Positions 47,905 through 56,925 of a DNA stretch of 64,000 bases are shown in pieces (the first letter of the stretch is position 1; the number at the start of each line of letters is the position of its first letter). Under the pieces are notes generated by a model. It saw nothing but the letters and a program-made list of their open reading frames with translations, made no database searches and had not been told where the DNA came from. Both the position numbers and the translations under genes were made by a program. The DNA is taken from IMG/VR virus record IMGVR_UViG_3300021197_000993, positions 4,811-68,810 of that record; one strand, 5' to 3'. The stretch comes from a virus.

Positions 47905-49581
47905 TCACCGAATCTTGAACCCCTTCAACAGTGAATCCCACGCCGCTTGGTGCTTATCCGAGGACATTTTGAACGCACCACCTTCGGACATACCGCCCTC
48001 GTCGTCTTCTTGTTCGGTTGGTTCACCAAAGTTCAATTTCATACCCTTGGTTTTTTCTTCTGCGATGTCTTTTGCTCCTTCTGTATCACCAGCGGCAATA
48101 GCCTGTTGAAATCGCGGGTCGGCTTGAAGCGTTTGCATGAAATACTTTCCTTGTCGCGATTTGGGGTTAAGACCAAAACCGTCAAGCATTTCTTGTGTAA
48201 TTTTCATCGCGGTGTCGGCAGGGTCAAAACCTGCATCCATCATGCGCTGTGCTAATCCCGATTGGCTACCTTTTTCTCCAATCGTGCGCTGGCCGTAATA
48301 CTGTCCTTTTTCGCGACCCTCTTTGGATGTAAGGTAATCGCGGATTCGGCCAAGTTGTCCGCCATCGGCTTCGGTCGCCATAGCGGTTTCTCCACCACCG
48401 CCTTCCATAGCCATTCTCTTGCGCTTGTTTTCTTGCACTTTGTCAAACAACTTAGCCGCTTCATCCGCTTTTGAAGGTGTTGGTGCGGCTGGTTCAGCCG
48501 GTGCTTCGGGTTCAACCGGTGTCGGTGGCCCCGCTTGAGGAGCCGGTGGTTCTTCGGTTGCTGGTGGTGTTCCAAAGTTCAAATCTATACCAGTCGGTCC
48601 GGGGTCTGTGTCAGTGAGCGCACTTTCTTCTTGCTCCTGTGTCCCCGGTTGCATCTCTTCTAAGGATTCTTCTTCTTCTACGGCTGGCTCTTCTTCTGCA
48701 CCACGCATCATGTCGGGTCGGAATGCTACACCCGCGTCTTGCGCTCGCTTTCTGTCGCGCATTTGTCGTGCGCGGTCAAATCGCCCTTGCATCGGCTTTT
48801 TCGCACCCGCTGTTATGTCAGCAATTTGTCTGTCTATTGCTTGTTGCGTTGTCAATTGATTACCTTCTTCATCATCCATAGGGTCAATGTTAAAGTCTCG
48901 CGCTAATCGTCGGTTTTGCTCACCTTCAAACGCAAGCATGTTTTCATCATAACCTTGGCTACCGGGGACATAACGCCTCATGGCTTGTTGTCGTCGTTGT
49001 TCGGTATCAGCGAGCGCGCCTTCAAGACGAGTGCGTCGCGCCGCTTGGTTGTCACGCTCGGATGATGCTCGGCGATAATCGCGGAACGCGCCGGGTAGTT
49101 GTCGTGCCGTCGCGAATCTGTCCTTCATGCGTTGACGCACTCCGGGTTTAATGAGGCCACCAAGTGAAGCGACATTCCGGAGAGCCGTTCCAGCGGCCAT
49201 CATAGGTTGACCACTCACAGCATAATCTCGCATTTGCCCGCGATAGGGTTGACCAGTAGCCTGTGCTTCGGACAACCGCTGTCCAGCACCTATACCCTGT
49301 AAGTTTTGAGAAAAGTTTTGTCCACCACCTTGTGCCATCAACTGGTCATTGGTGAAGTTTTGGCTAAACGCAGGTTGTTTCCGAATGATGTCGGGGTGTG
49401 AATTATCGCGTTCCGCGATTGCTTTGATAAGCGGTTCCCAAGTGTTATCCTCAACGCCAAAAAACACATAATTGATGTCGCTAAGGTTGCCCCCTTTATT
49501 GATAATGAACTCAACAGTTCCGTCTTCTTTACCATGCTTAAGCATGCTGTCGTTCCATTCAATCTCCCAATTATCAACCAT
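47905..49581 (-). CDS. Hypothetical low-complexity protein (probable internal/ejection protein)
   Basis: Start taken at ATG 49581 (MVDNWEIEW), overlapping the upstream stop. Q/R/E/P-rich; ends with AAWDSLLKG. Confidence 0.7.
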   Translation of the reverse strand: MVDNWEIEWNDSMLKHGKEDGTVEFIINKGGNLSDINYVFFGVEDNTWEPLIKAIAERDNSHPDIIRKQPAFSQNFTNDQLMAQGGGQNFSQNLQGIGAGQRLSEAQATGQPYRGQMRDYAVSGQPMMAAGTALRNVASLGGLIKPGVRQRMKDRFATARQLPGAFRDYRRASSERDNQAARRTRLEGALADTEQRRQQAMRRYVPGSQGYDENMLAFEGEQNRRLARDFNIDPMDDEEGNQLTTQQAIDRQIADITAGAKKPMQGRFDRARQMRDRKRAQDAGVAFRPDMMRGAEEEPAVEEEESLEEMQPGTQEQEESALTDTDPGPTGIDLNFGTPPATEEPPAPQAGPPTPVEPEAPAEPAAPTPSKADEAAKLFDKVQENKRKRMAMEGGGGETAMATEADGGQLGRIRDYLTSKEGREKGQYYGQRTIGEKGSQSGLAQRMMDAGFDPADTAMKITQEMLDGFGLNPKSRQGKYFMQTLQADPRFQQAIAAGDTEGAKDIAEEKTKGMKLNFGEPTEQEDDEGGMSEGGAFKMSSDKHQAAWDSLLKGFKIR

Positions 49582-51385
49582 GTAGTAAGCCCCCGCAAGA
49601 CCTCTTGATAGCGCGAACCACATCATGCGTAGTGTTAAAGGATTTCGCAATGATACCCCAATCACCAAGCGACATAGCAATCGCGCGAACTGTTGTGCTG
49701 GATACACCGACTTTACCACTCAACTTTTGCATATCGTATGCGTCCATTGGGTCATACTTGGTTATCAAAGAGCCACCAGCGTCGTGCATTTGCACACGCT
49801 CCATGATGGTCGCGATAACACCCATAGGGTCGTCATCGGAAAATTGAAAATCTTCTCCAAAGTCAAGCGGGTTGCCGAACTGTCCTTGTGATGGGTCAAA
49901 CGGAATAGGCTCTCGCGCTACTGCTTGTGGAGGCATATCATCACCAATCGGCTCTTGAGTTGTATCAATTGCTGGTGGCGCGCTCATTGGCTCTTTCGGC
50001 ATGACAGGAGCGACAGGTCGGTCATCTCCAAGCGCACCACCGCTCAAATGTGCAGGGAACTCACCGTAGCGATGTTCTGTATCTCGCGACACATTGCCGC
50101 GCAAAGAGTGTCCTTCATCCACCACTCCCAACGCCTCCATGTCAATTTCTTTACCACCTGCTTGAAGTGCTACATTGCGCCAATTGCTGGTGTTTGATTC
50201 GGAGGTTGGTCTTGCTGAAAACTTGTTGGGGTCAATGCCCAACTGCTCGGCTGTTTTCAACATCGCTAAAATCTCAATGGCGGCTGTTTGACGGCCTTTG
50301 TCATTACCAGCATCAACCATAGGAGCAACATGGTCGCGATGGTTTCGGAACATAGCATGTATCTCATCATTGCTATCAATTTGCAATCCCGCGCGCATGT
50401 TGCTCATCACCTTACGCAATCCTGTCGCCGCTCCGTCTTTACCTCGTCCGTAGAGCAATTGGTTGACTGGTGCGCGCGCCATTTGGCGAGCCGTGTTTTG
50501 GTTGTAGCCCATACCTTCTAAATCGTGCATTATTCTACTTGACATACCACCAGCGGTTGAAGGTGCGAAGAAGTCGTTGGGGAGAATGGATACAATGTCC
50601 ATAGGTGAAATGCGACCGTATGCCGCACTTTGAGCGTGCAAATCCTTGTGGTGAGAAGGATATTTGGTGTTGTCGCGTGAAGTAGGGTCTTTGTCGTTGG
50701 ATGTATAGCGATGCGTGACACCGTTGGTGATTTGTTGAGGTTCAATGACATTTTGACCCGCGCCTATTGTGCTTTTCAAACCCATACTCTCGGCTTCTTC
50801 TTGTATTTCTTTAGCGGCGTGAAGAGCGGCGGATTCAAGGTGTTGACCGAGTTCGGGGTGTGTCTCGTTTCGTGCGTGGTTATTGATGAGTTTTCCATCA
50901 GTTGTTCGGGTTTTGCGTTGAGCAGTAGGAATACGCTTGTGTTGGTGTCCGCCGTAGTGGTTGTTTTTGTAATCGGGGTGAAGCATACCACTGTCGCTAA
51001 ACGGTGTGGGTAGAATATGAAAATCGTCGCCATTTTCGCGCTTAATTTTATTGAAGCGTTTGGTGGCATTATTGAATATGGTATGCGCTAATCGCGTTGC
51101 TGATTGTTCGGATGAGGGTTTTTGACGAACCCCACCTTCGCCTGTGTAGCCATTTTGCATCAATTCTCGCGCCATGATGCGTGCGGCAATCTCCATAGGG
51201 AATAAACCAAGCAACCCCGATTCAATCAATTCATTGAATGGTTTGCCGGTTTTGGAGTGAATGTGAAAGTGAGACAAATCCTCATGGTCGGAGTCATTTG
51301 GAGGAAAAGTCATGTCCTCCATTTCACCCGTTTCGGGGTTGAGATACCAAACACCCTTACCCTTGAGAATAATATCACTCATCAA
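49574..51385 (-). CDS. Hypothetical protein (603 aa)
   Basis: Long ORF with GAGGTGG RBS; begins MMSDIILKG. Confidence 0.75.
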   Translation of the reverse strand: MMSDIILKGKGVWYLNPETGEMEDMTFPPNDSDHEDLSHFHIHSKTGKPFNELIESGLLGLFPMEIAARIMARELMQNGYTGEGGVRQKPSSEQSATRLAHTIFNNATKRFNKIKRENGDDFHILPTPFSDSGMLHPDYKNNHYGGHQHKRIPTAQRKTRTTDGKLINNHARNETHPELGQHLESAALHAAKEIQEEAESMGLKSTIGAGQNVIEPQQITNGVTHRYTSNDKDPTSRDNTKYPSHHKDLHAQSAAYGRISPMDIVSILPNDFFAPSTAGGMSSRIMHDLEGMGYNQNTARQMARAPVNQLLYGRGKDGAATGLRKVMSNMRAGLQIDSNDEIHAMFRNHRDHVAPMVDAGNDKGRQTAAIEILAMLKTAEQLGIDPNKFSARPTSESNTSNWRNVALQAGGKEIDMEALGVVDEGHSLRGNVSRDTEHRYGEFPAHLSGGALGDDRPVAPVMPKEPMSAPPAIDTTQEPIGDDMPPQAVAREPIPFDPSQGQFGNPLDFGEDFQFSDDDPMGVIATIMERVQMHDAGGSLITKYDPMDAYDMQKLSGKVGVSSTTVRAIAMSLGDWGIIAKSFNTTHDVVRAIKRSCGGLLHG

Positions 51386-52653
51386 TGTCCACCTCTTCGC
51401 ACATACAAGTCATACGGATGCGCGCCCCAGCGTGTCGCGTCATCATCGGGGTCAGTCTCCGTCGCACCCGTTGGAGCGGATGTCAAACCACCCGACGCGT
51501 TATCACTTGGTCCTTCACTCGCACCTTGCATGGATTTGTCTTCTTTCCGCATCATGCGTCGCAACAAATGATTGAGTTGGTCTATTAGTTGACGATATTC
51601 AATTTTATCGCGTGGTGAAATGCGATTGGTAATTTTAACACGCTGTGCGCGCGCTTTCAAGAACTCCTCGGATGCAAGAATAGCGTCGGATGCACCTATG
51701 CCACCAGCACCGCCAGTAAGCGATGTTGCTTCGGACATAATTTTACCACCCGGTGTTTTTGCTGTGCGTGGTTGGCGCATTGCTTTACCGTGTGGTCGTG
51801 AATCACGAGAACCGCGAATTGCTTTCGGTATTCGCGCCTTCGGAGTCACTGTGGGAATAGGTGGTGTAAGGTCTTGTGTGGGTTGACTTTGACGCTGTTG
51901 TTGTCGCATAGCCTCCGCTTCACGCTGTCTTGGGTCGGAGTAAGATTGTTTTGCTCGTGAACGACCACTCGCACCACCAACTCGGATGGGTGCTGTTCGT
52001 TGTCGGTAGGTGTATCCCGCACCAAACGAAGCATACGGAGCGCGAGCGGCACTCATACTTGCCATGTATTGCGGTTGGCGTATGTTCCCCGCTTTGAGAC
52101 GGACACCGCTACCCTTTTTTCTTCGCTTACGCTTGATTGATTCGGTGGTGACATTTTTACGCGCTTTCCGTTTTTTACCAGTTTTGGCGCGTTCACGAGC
52201 GCGAATTGTTTGAATTGTAGTCGTTTTCTGCGGTTTATCGGTATCAAACTTCGGCGCATCTTTTTTCTTACGAATCATTTCAAATGCATCGTCAATGAAT
52301 GGAGCGGTGGAGAGCATCATGTTCATACCCATACCGCTTGCGCGTGGGTTTGCACCAGCGTTGGCTTCACTTTGTCCGACTTGTCCTGTGAGTTGACTCA
52401 ATTCAGCCTGTTGTTTCACTTGACTGTCCTCTTCGTCATCGGGGTCTTTTTGCGGTATTTTGACTTTCATGTGTTGCAATCCTTGCAACTTATGTGCGCG
52501 CTGTTCTTGTTCTTCACGCTTCTTCGCATCATCTCGTGCGCGCTCATCGGAATCTTCGCGACCGACAGTTGAATCGCCCTGCAACTCTTCTGCGCTCTCG
52601 CGAGGGTTGAAACGCATACCTGCTGTTCCGCCTTCGGGTCCACCAACCATCAT
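51382..52653 (-). CDS. Hypothetical protein with Arg/Lys-rich core
   Basis: 423 aa. The acidic N-terminus switches to basic after PFIDDAFEMIRK. GGAGGTGA RBS. Confidence 0.75.
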   Translation of the reverse strand: MMVGGPEGGTAGMRFNPRESAEELQGDSTVGREDSDERARDDAKKREEQEQRAHKLQGLQHMKVKIPQKDPDDEEDSQVKQQAELSQLTGQVGQSEANAGANPRASGMGMNMMLSTAPFIDDAFEMIRKKKDAPKFDTDKPQKTTTIQTIRARERAKTGKKRKARKNVTTESIKRKRRKKGSGVRLKAGNIRQPQYMASMSAARAPYASFGAGYTYRQRTAPIRVGGASGRSRAKQSYSDPRQREAEAMRQQQRQSQPTQDLTPPIPTVTPKARIPKAIRGSRDSRPHGKAMRQPRTAKTPGGKIMSEATSLTGGAGGIGASDAILASEEFLKARAQRVKITNRISPRDKIEYRQLIDQLNHLLRRMMRKEDKSMQGASEGPSDNASGGLTSAPTGATETDPDDDATRWGAHPYDLYVRRGGH

Positions 52654-53318
52654 TCATCACCTCCCATGAGTTTACCGCGTAATCTCGCCCATACTTCGGG
52701 AGACTCTTTCGCTAATTCAACTTTGAGGATGTTGATGGTTTGTGCCGTCATGTGTTCATTGGTAGTTCCAGCCGCACGCTCTTGGACTCTCATAATGTCT
52801 TTTACCGTTTCGCGAACTTCTTTGTGCAACGAAACGATGTTGCGCACATACTGTGGGTCGTTTCGGTCAGCATCATCAAGAAAATGACCCAATTCACCAT
52901 TCATGCGAGCCAAATTGTTGCGCAGACTTTCCATCTCTTGACCCGCTTCAACAATGATGATGTCAGCCGCACCCTTCTGCACAACTGGTTTGAGGTGATG
53001 TTTGAGGTGGTGATACACACTGGATTCGGGCATTTGAATATCCAAAGCAATCTCTTCGGCAGTCATTGAAGCGTTAAAATACGCCAATTCTAATTCTTCG
53101 CGTTTAACAGACACACATAATTTGCATTCACTATTTGATGCCATGTGGTATTCGCCCATGTGGTTGCGAAAATGACGGTCAGCCGTTCCTTCGCGCCAAC
53201 CTTTGTCTTTATCCAATTGCTTTGCTGTGATGATACCATGTGTCATCATTTCTTCAAGACCGTCGCGGTCGGAATCTTGACAGAACTTGCAAGATGCTCG
53301 CGTTATACGCTCCGCCAT
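52650..53318 (-). CDS. Probable terminase small subunit
   Basis: Two CxxC...HxxxH repeats flanking HTH-like helices, then a coiled coil and C-terminal INILK strand. First gene of the operon containing terL. Confidence 0.6.
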   Translation of the reverse strand: MAERITRASCKFCQDSDRDGLEEMMTHGIITAKQLDKDKGWREGTADRHFRNHMGEYHMASNSECKLCVSVKREELELAYFNASMTAEEIALDIQMPESSVYHHLKHHLKPVVQKGAADIIIVEAGQEMESLRNNLARMNGELGHFLDDADRNDPQYVRNIVSLHKEVRETVKDIMRVQERAAGTTNEHMTAQTINILKVELAKESPEVWARLRGKLMGGDE

Positions 53319-53355
53319 AGGAAAGTCCAAGTAGCCGTAGCAAAAGAGCGTTTCT

Positions 53356-53685
53356 ATGAGAAAGCGGCTTGGTCGTGCGCCAAAAATCGCGGGTGTTCCT
53401 CTCACTATACAGACTACCAAGAGCCTTTCACGCGCGGCTATGGACATTCTCGCCAACAATAAAGCGTCGTTATCCGAGCGTGAACGAAGAATGAACATTT
53501 GCCGTCAATGTCCGGAACGGAATCACGACCGATGCGGCCTATGCGGTTGCTTCATCAAGACCAAAACAATTCTCAATAATAGCGAGTGTCCTGTTGGTAA
53601 ATGGTCAACCTTGTTGTCCGAGACGACGGTAGACGATACCAGTCGCGCTGAAACAAACGAAAAGCGCGCCGATAATCCAACTTAA
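53356..53685 (+). CDS. Cys-rich small protein (DUF6171-like); the only credible plus-strand gene
   Basis: RMNICRQCP...CGLCGCFIKTKT...CPVGKW family pattern; divergent from the terS candidate. Confidence 0.7.
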   Translation: MRKRLGRAPKIAGVPLTIQTTKSLSRAAMDILANNKASLSERERRMNICRQCPERNHDRCGLCGCFIKTKTILNNSECPVGKWSTLLSETTVDDTSRAETNEKRADNPT

Positions 53686-53838
53686 GTCAGTTGAAGTCAT
53701 TTTAGGTCCGGAAAAAACCAAAATGAGGAAACAACCGAGCGTCAACGCGATAAGTTGCACCATAATCATGTCAACAACGACTGATTTGCGCAAATTGGTC
53801 ATGTCGCTCAATGCGCCATAGAGACTTGTCATATCCAT
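53605..53838 (-). CDS. Small two-TM membrane protein
   Basis: Two hydrophobic helices and a basic C-terminus (holin-like topology); last gene of the GTPase operon. Confidence 0.7.
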   Translation of the reverse strand: MDMTSLYGALSDMTNLRKSVVVDMIMVQLIALTLGCFLILVFSGPKMTSTDLSWIIGALFVCFSATGIVYRRLGQQG

Positions 53839-53839
53839 T

Positions 53840-54412
53840 TCAGCGACCTCCTACAAGACCACGCGCCAGCGCACCGATGCCACCACCGACATTTTGCATC
53901 ATACCGGGGTCTGCGAGCGCACCATCCAGCATGGTTTGCATTGTGCTTTGATTCGCTATGGCTACCATCTGCTGAAATTGCATACTCATTTGCTGAACAT
54001 TGTTTGAAGCCGTGTTCAACATTTGTGTTTGGCTCATGGTCACGCTATCAGCGGTCGGCATACCTTGAACGCCACTAAAATCAAACTTGTAGCCGTCTCC
54101 GTCTTCAATCAAGCGCGCATTTGCCAAAAGACTACTCATTGAAACAGTCATCAAGTTGCTCAACAATGCAATAAGCATGTTCATGTTCGCGCCGTTATTA
54201 TCCGAAAGCCACCTGTCAATCATCGGATTAGAGGTTATCATTGATGAAAGAATCTCCATTTCAGTAGGTGGTGGAGGTGGCGCATACGGATTGTATCCAC
54301 CAGCCGCACCATAGCCCGCACCAGCGGGGATTTGTTGCTGTCCATTCGGTAAACCGAGGTTCAATGTTCCCGTATTTTGCACAGGTTGTTGGTTATTTGA
54401 CCACCATGCCAT
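53840..54412 (-). CDS. Gln/Met/Gly-rich protein with poly-Pro segment
   Basis: 190 aa; GAGGTGG RBS. Confidence 0.75.
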   Translation of the reverse strand: MAWWSNNQQPVQNTGTLNLGLPNGQQQIPAGAGYGAAGGYNPYAPPPPPTEMEILSSMITSNPMIDRWLSDNNGANMNMLIALLSNLMTVSMSSLLANARLIEDGDGYKFDFSGVQGMPTADSVTMSQTQMLNTASNNVQQMSMQFQQMVAIANQSTMQTMLDGALADPGMMQNVGGGIGALARGLVGGR

Positions 54413-54421
54413 AATACCACC

Positions 54422-55306
54422 TCACGCGCTACCCTCATTTTGTTGTTGCGGTAGAGGGAGAGGCGCACTTTGTTGCTGTAATTGGTGCATCGCGAGTGCG
54501 TCATGAAGCAATTTTGTGTTGTTCCCTGCTTGAAATTGACGCATATCAAAGACAATCATAACCAAATCGTTCATTCCTGTTGCGGAATTGGTAAAATGAG
54601 TGATAGGGATGTTGTCTTGTTTCAACATCGCGAAGAATTGTTCGTATTTTGCAAGTATTGGCGGTGTGTTATCTCTCTTTTTGATGCTATTTACAGGAAC
54701 AGCAACAACAGAAACACCCTTTTTCAACTTGGCTTTCAGTGTTCCTCCACTCGCTTCTTGCTCCGCTTCTTCTTCTCTTTCCCATTTACAAAGCAAATGA
54801 TAGAGGTGTAGGTGTTCGGGACAGTATGTTCCGCGCATTTTGCGTCCGCTGGTCACATTTTCTCGCGCTACGAAGGCTTCAACCTCTCCTGTGACCGGAT
54901 TTTTGAAGTAAATGTCCCATAATGACTGTCCAGTTTCCTCATCAATGATTTGTTCGTAGATATTACCAGCCATCCGCAATAAATGTTCAACATCTGCACC
55001 GTCAATGACACAACGCATGGTATTGGTGTTATAGCGGTATTTTCCCCCGAATAACCACCTTCGCGGAGAGAACATGCTTCTTTTTGTCGGTTTTAAGAGG
55101 CGATATGCCTGTTTTATGTCCTTTCTTCGCGCTTTTTTGGGGTTTGGGTGCTGTGAAGGGTAGAAGTTGACCTGCGGAACCTCAATATGTTCACTCACAT
55201 TGCTCATTGCGGCTTGCGCGGATGCCTGTTGTTGCATCTGTGCAAGGCTCATTTGGGTCTGTGCGGCAAGCCTAAGTAGGTCATTTTGGGGTTTATTTCC
55301 GAGCAT
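54422..55306 (-). CDS. Hypothetical protein (294 aa), possible Cys/His metal site
   Basis: RCVIDG...TYCPEHLHLYH; GGTGA RBS. Confidence 0.75.
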   Translation of the reverse strand: MLGNKPQNDLLRLAAQTQMSLAQMQQQASAQAAMSNVSEHIEVPQVNFYPSQHPNPKKARRKDIKQAYRLLKPTKRSMFSPRRWLFGGKYRYNTNTMRCVIDGADVEHLLRMAGNIYEQIIDEETGQSLWDIYFKNPVTGEVEAFVARENVTSGRKMRGTYCPEHLHLYHLLCKWEREEEAEQEASGGTLKAKLKKGVSVVAVPVNSIKKRDNTPPILAKYEQFFAMLKQDNIPITHFTNSATGMNDLVMIVFDMRQFQAGNNTKLLHDALAMHQLQQQSAPLPLPQQQNEGSA

Positions 55307-55310
55307 TTTA

Positions 55311-56033
55311 TCACCAATTCAACATTTCAATCATCGTTTTTTCAACATTCCAGCCGATTTTGGTCGCCATCATGCTAACGCGACACGGAATACCTGCTTT
55401 TTGGAGTCTTCGCATGGCTGGGCGGTGCAAATTGAACACTTTATGCTCGCGTAAACGCCCCGATTGCCACAAAATGTTCGCATTTTCGTCCCACCACTCG
55501 TCTGCTTTGTTCGCGACAAGCCATATTTGCTTCGGAGAGTAGCGTTTCCCGCGTAAACGCGACTTGAGAGAGCGATAGTTCCACCTTTTTTCAATCAAAG
55601 CGTCCACAAGATACTCAAAACCGCCTACTGCGTCAATGACCTGCGCTCCGTTTCCTTTCAAAACACGCGTATCGGTCATGAAGACAGCAATTTCTACCTG
55701 CCTATCAACCATATCGTCAATCCACAGGTTCCAAAATCGTTGTTGACCGCCAATATCGGACGAATGAACAACTCTTTTCTCACCTTGCCAACGGATTCGT
55801 TTGCGTGTTGCGTTCGGAAGCACATATCCTCCTCCTAAGAGTCGTTTCGCGTGCATTGTGCGCTCTTCAATGTCATCCATTTCACCGGGAGTGCGCATAA
55901 AGAGGTCAAGAGTTGTTTTACCGACCTGTGTTGGTCCATAAACACCTATTCTGCGCGGTTTGAGGAAGTTATAGAGTTCCCGTCCGTAAACAACCGCACC
56001 CATCAGCGCGCTACCTGCCATCGTCGCGACCAT
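55311..56033 (-). CDS. Small Ras-superfamily (Arf/Sar-like) GTPase
   Basis: G1 GPTQVGKTT, G2 ERT, G3 DIGGQ followed by FWNLW, G4 NKAD, G5-like MATKIG; hydrophobic N-terminal helix; TAATG coupling. Confidence 0.85.
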   Translation of the reverse strand: MVATMAGSALMGAVVYGRELYNFLKPRRIGVYGPTQVGKTTLDLFMRTPGEMDDIEERTMHAKRLLGGGYVLPNATRKRIRWQGEKRVVHSSDIGGQQRFWNLWIDDMVDRQVEIAVFMTDTRVLKGNGAQVIDAVGGFEYLVDALIEKRWNYRSLKSRLRGKRYSPKQIWLVANKADEWWDENANILWQSGRLREHKVFNLHRPAMRRLQKAGIPCRVSMMATKIGWNVEKTMIEMLNW

Positions 56034-56269
56034 TATGACACCCATCCGCGCACTTTGTTGTAAAACCATTCAATGGTGTTCTCCCAAATGCTCACATCGG
56101 AATGCAATTCAAAAAAAGACACGCTCAAAGCAGTAGCAAAACCTGTGATGATACAATACACCAATGCTTTACCCTTCTCGTAGTAGGTATCAAGAGTGTT
56201 TTGAGTGTGCAAAGCCCGCAAAGTGGCCTCCGTCGCGTCATCGCTCGGAGTTTTGAAAAGCCAACCCAC
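56033..56269 (-). CDS. Small single-TM membrane protein
   Basis: 78 aa, hydrophobic ALVYCIITGFATALSVSFF; GTG start after GGAGTGA. Confidence 0.7.
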   Translation of the reverse strand: MGWLFKTPSDDATEATLRALHTQNTLDTYYEKGKALVYCIITGFATALSVSFFELHSDVSIWENTIEWFYNKVRGWVS

Positions 56270-56275
56270 GCAAAA

Positions 56276-56800
56276 TCACTCCTTTTTCTTAGCGTAAGTT
56301 CCATCAGTGTTGCGTTTGCGCGTATCTCCGCCCAATTTCATTGGTTTTTTGTGATTCGCTTTGTGTTGAGGTGCTTCGGGTTCAATCTCACCGTTCATCA
56401 GCCCAAGATATTGCTGGACTTCGGGGTCTTTCTCCAATTCCTCCATCTGTTTTGCGAAGACAACCTCTTGTTTTTTAATCTCCATCTCCATTTGCGCTTG
56501 AGCAAAACGCATTTGTTGGTTTTGCATTTGACGCGTCATGTTGCGTTGCATGTTTGAAACAACAGCGCGCTGGTCCATACCGTCTTGCGCCAGCATTTTG
56601 TAGATGAAATACGCCATACCTTGCAAAGTAAACGCGCCCATCGTGTAAGTGATAGCATTCGTGTAGGTGTCGGGTGATGTCAACCACAACCCTGCGTCAA
56701 ATACCGCGATTGCGCATCCAACGAGTATGCTGACGAATGAAATCAGTCCCAGCACTCGTAATTCGTCTTTGTTTTGGGGGGTTTGTTGTTGCATCAGCAT
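56276..56800 (-). CDS. Two-TM membrane protein with cytoplasmic coiled coil
   Basis: Two hydrophobic helices, then a Q/M/E coiled coil; AAGGAGG RBS; first gene of the operon. Confidence 0.8.
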   Translation of the reverse strand: MLMQQQTPQNKDELRVLGLISFVSILVGCAIAVFDAGLWLTSPDTYTNAITYTMGAFTLQGMAYFIYKMLAQDGMDQRAVVSNMQRNMTRQMQNQQMRFAQAQMEMEIKKQEVVFAKQMEELEKDPEVQQYLGLMNGEIEPEAPQHKANHKKPMKLGGDTRKRNTDGTYAKKKE

Positions 56801-56829
56801 AATCCTCCTTACATCGCGACATCGCGTGC

Positions 56830-56925
56830 GCTACATAAGGATGTTGATTCACCCTTTTATTGATATTATCATATTATTGTTAGAACAATAACAATTATTA
56901 TCATTATAAGAAAAATATGAGATTA
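56830..56925. promoter_or_regulatory. AT-rich intergenic element with hairpin and direct repeat; probable terminator/promoter
   Basis: TTATTGTT-AG-AACAATAA (56874-56891) flanked by two TATTATCAT copies (56864, 56896). CTTATGTA TATA-like element on the minus strand near 56832-56839. Confidence 0.55.

Noticed and set aside
47905-56069. Upstream-extended starts in the ORF track (49719, 53498, 56069; also 46337, 31708, 21954, 1869)
   Set aside because: They overlap neighbouring genes extensively, whereas downstream starts have an RBS or stop-start coupling.
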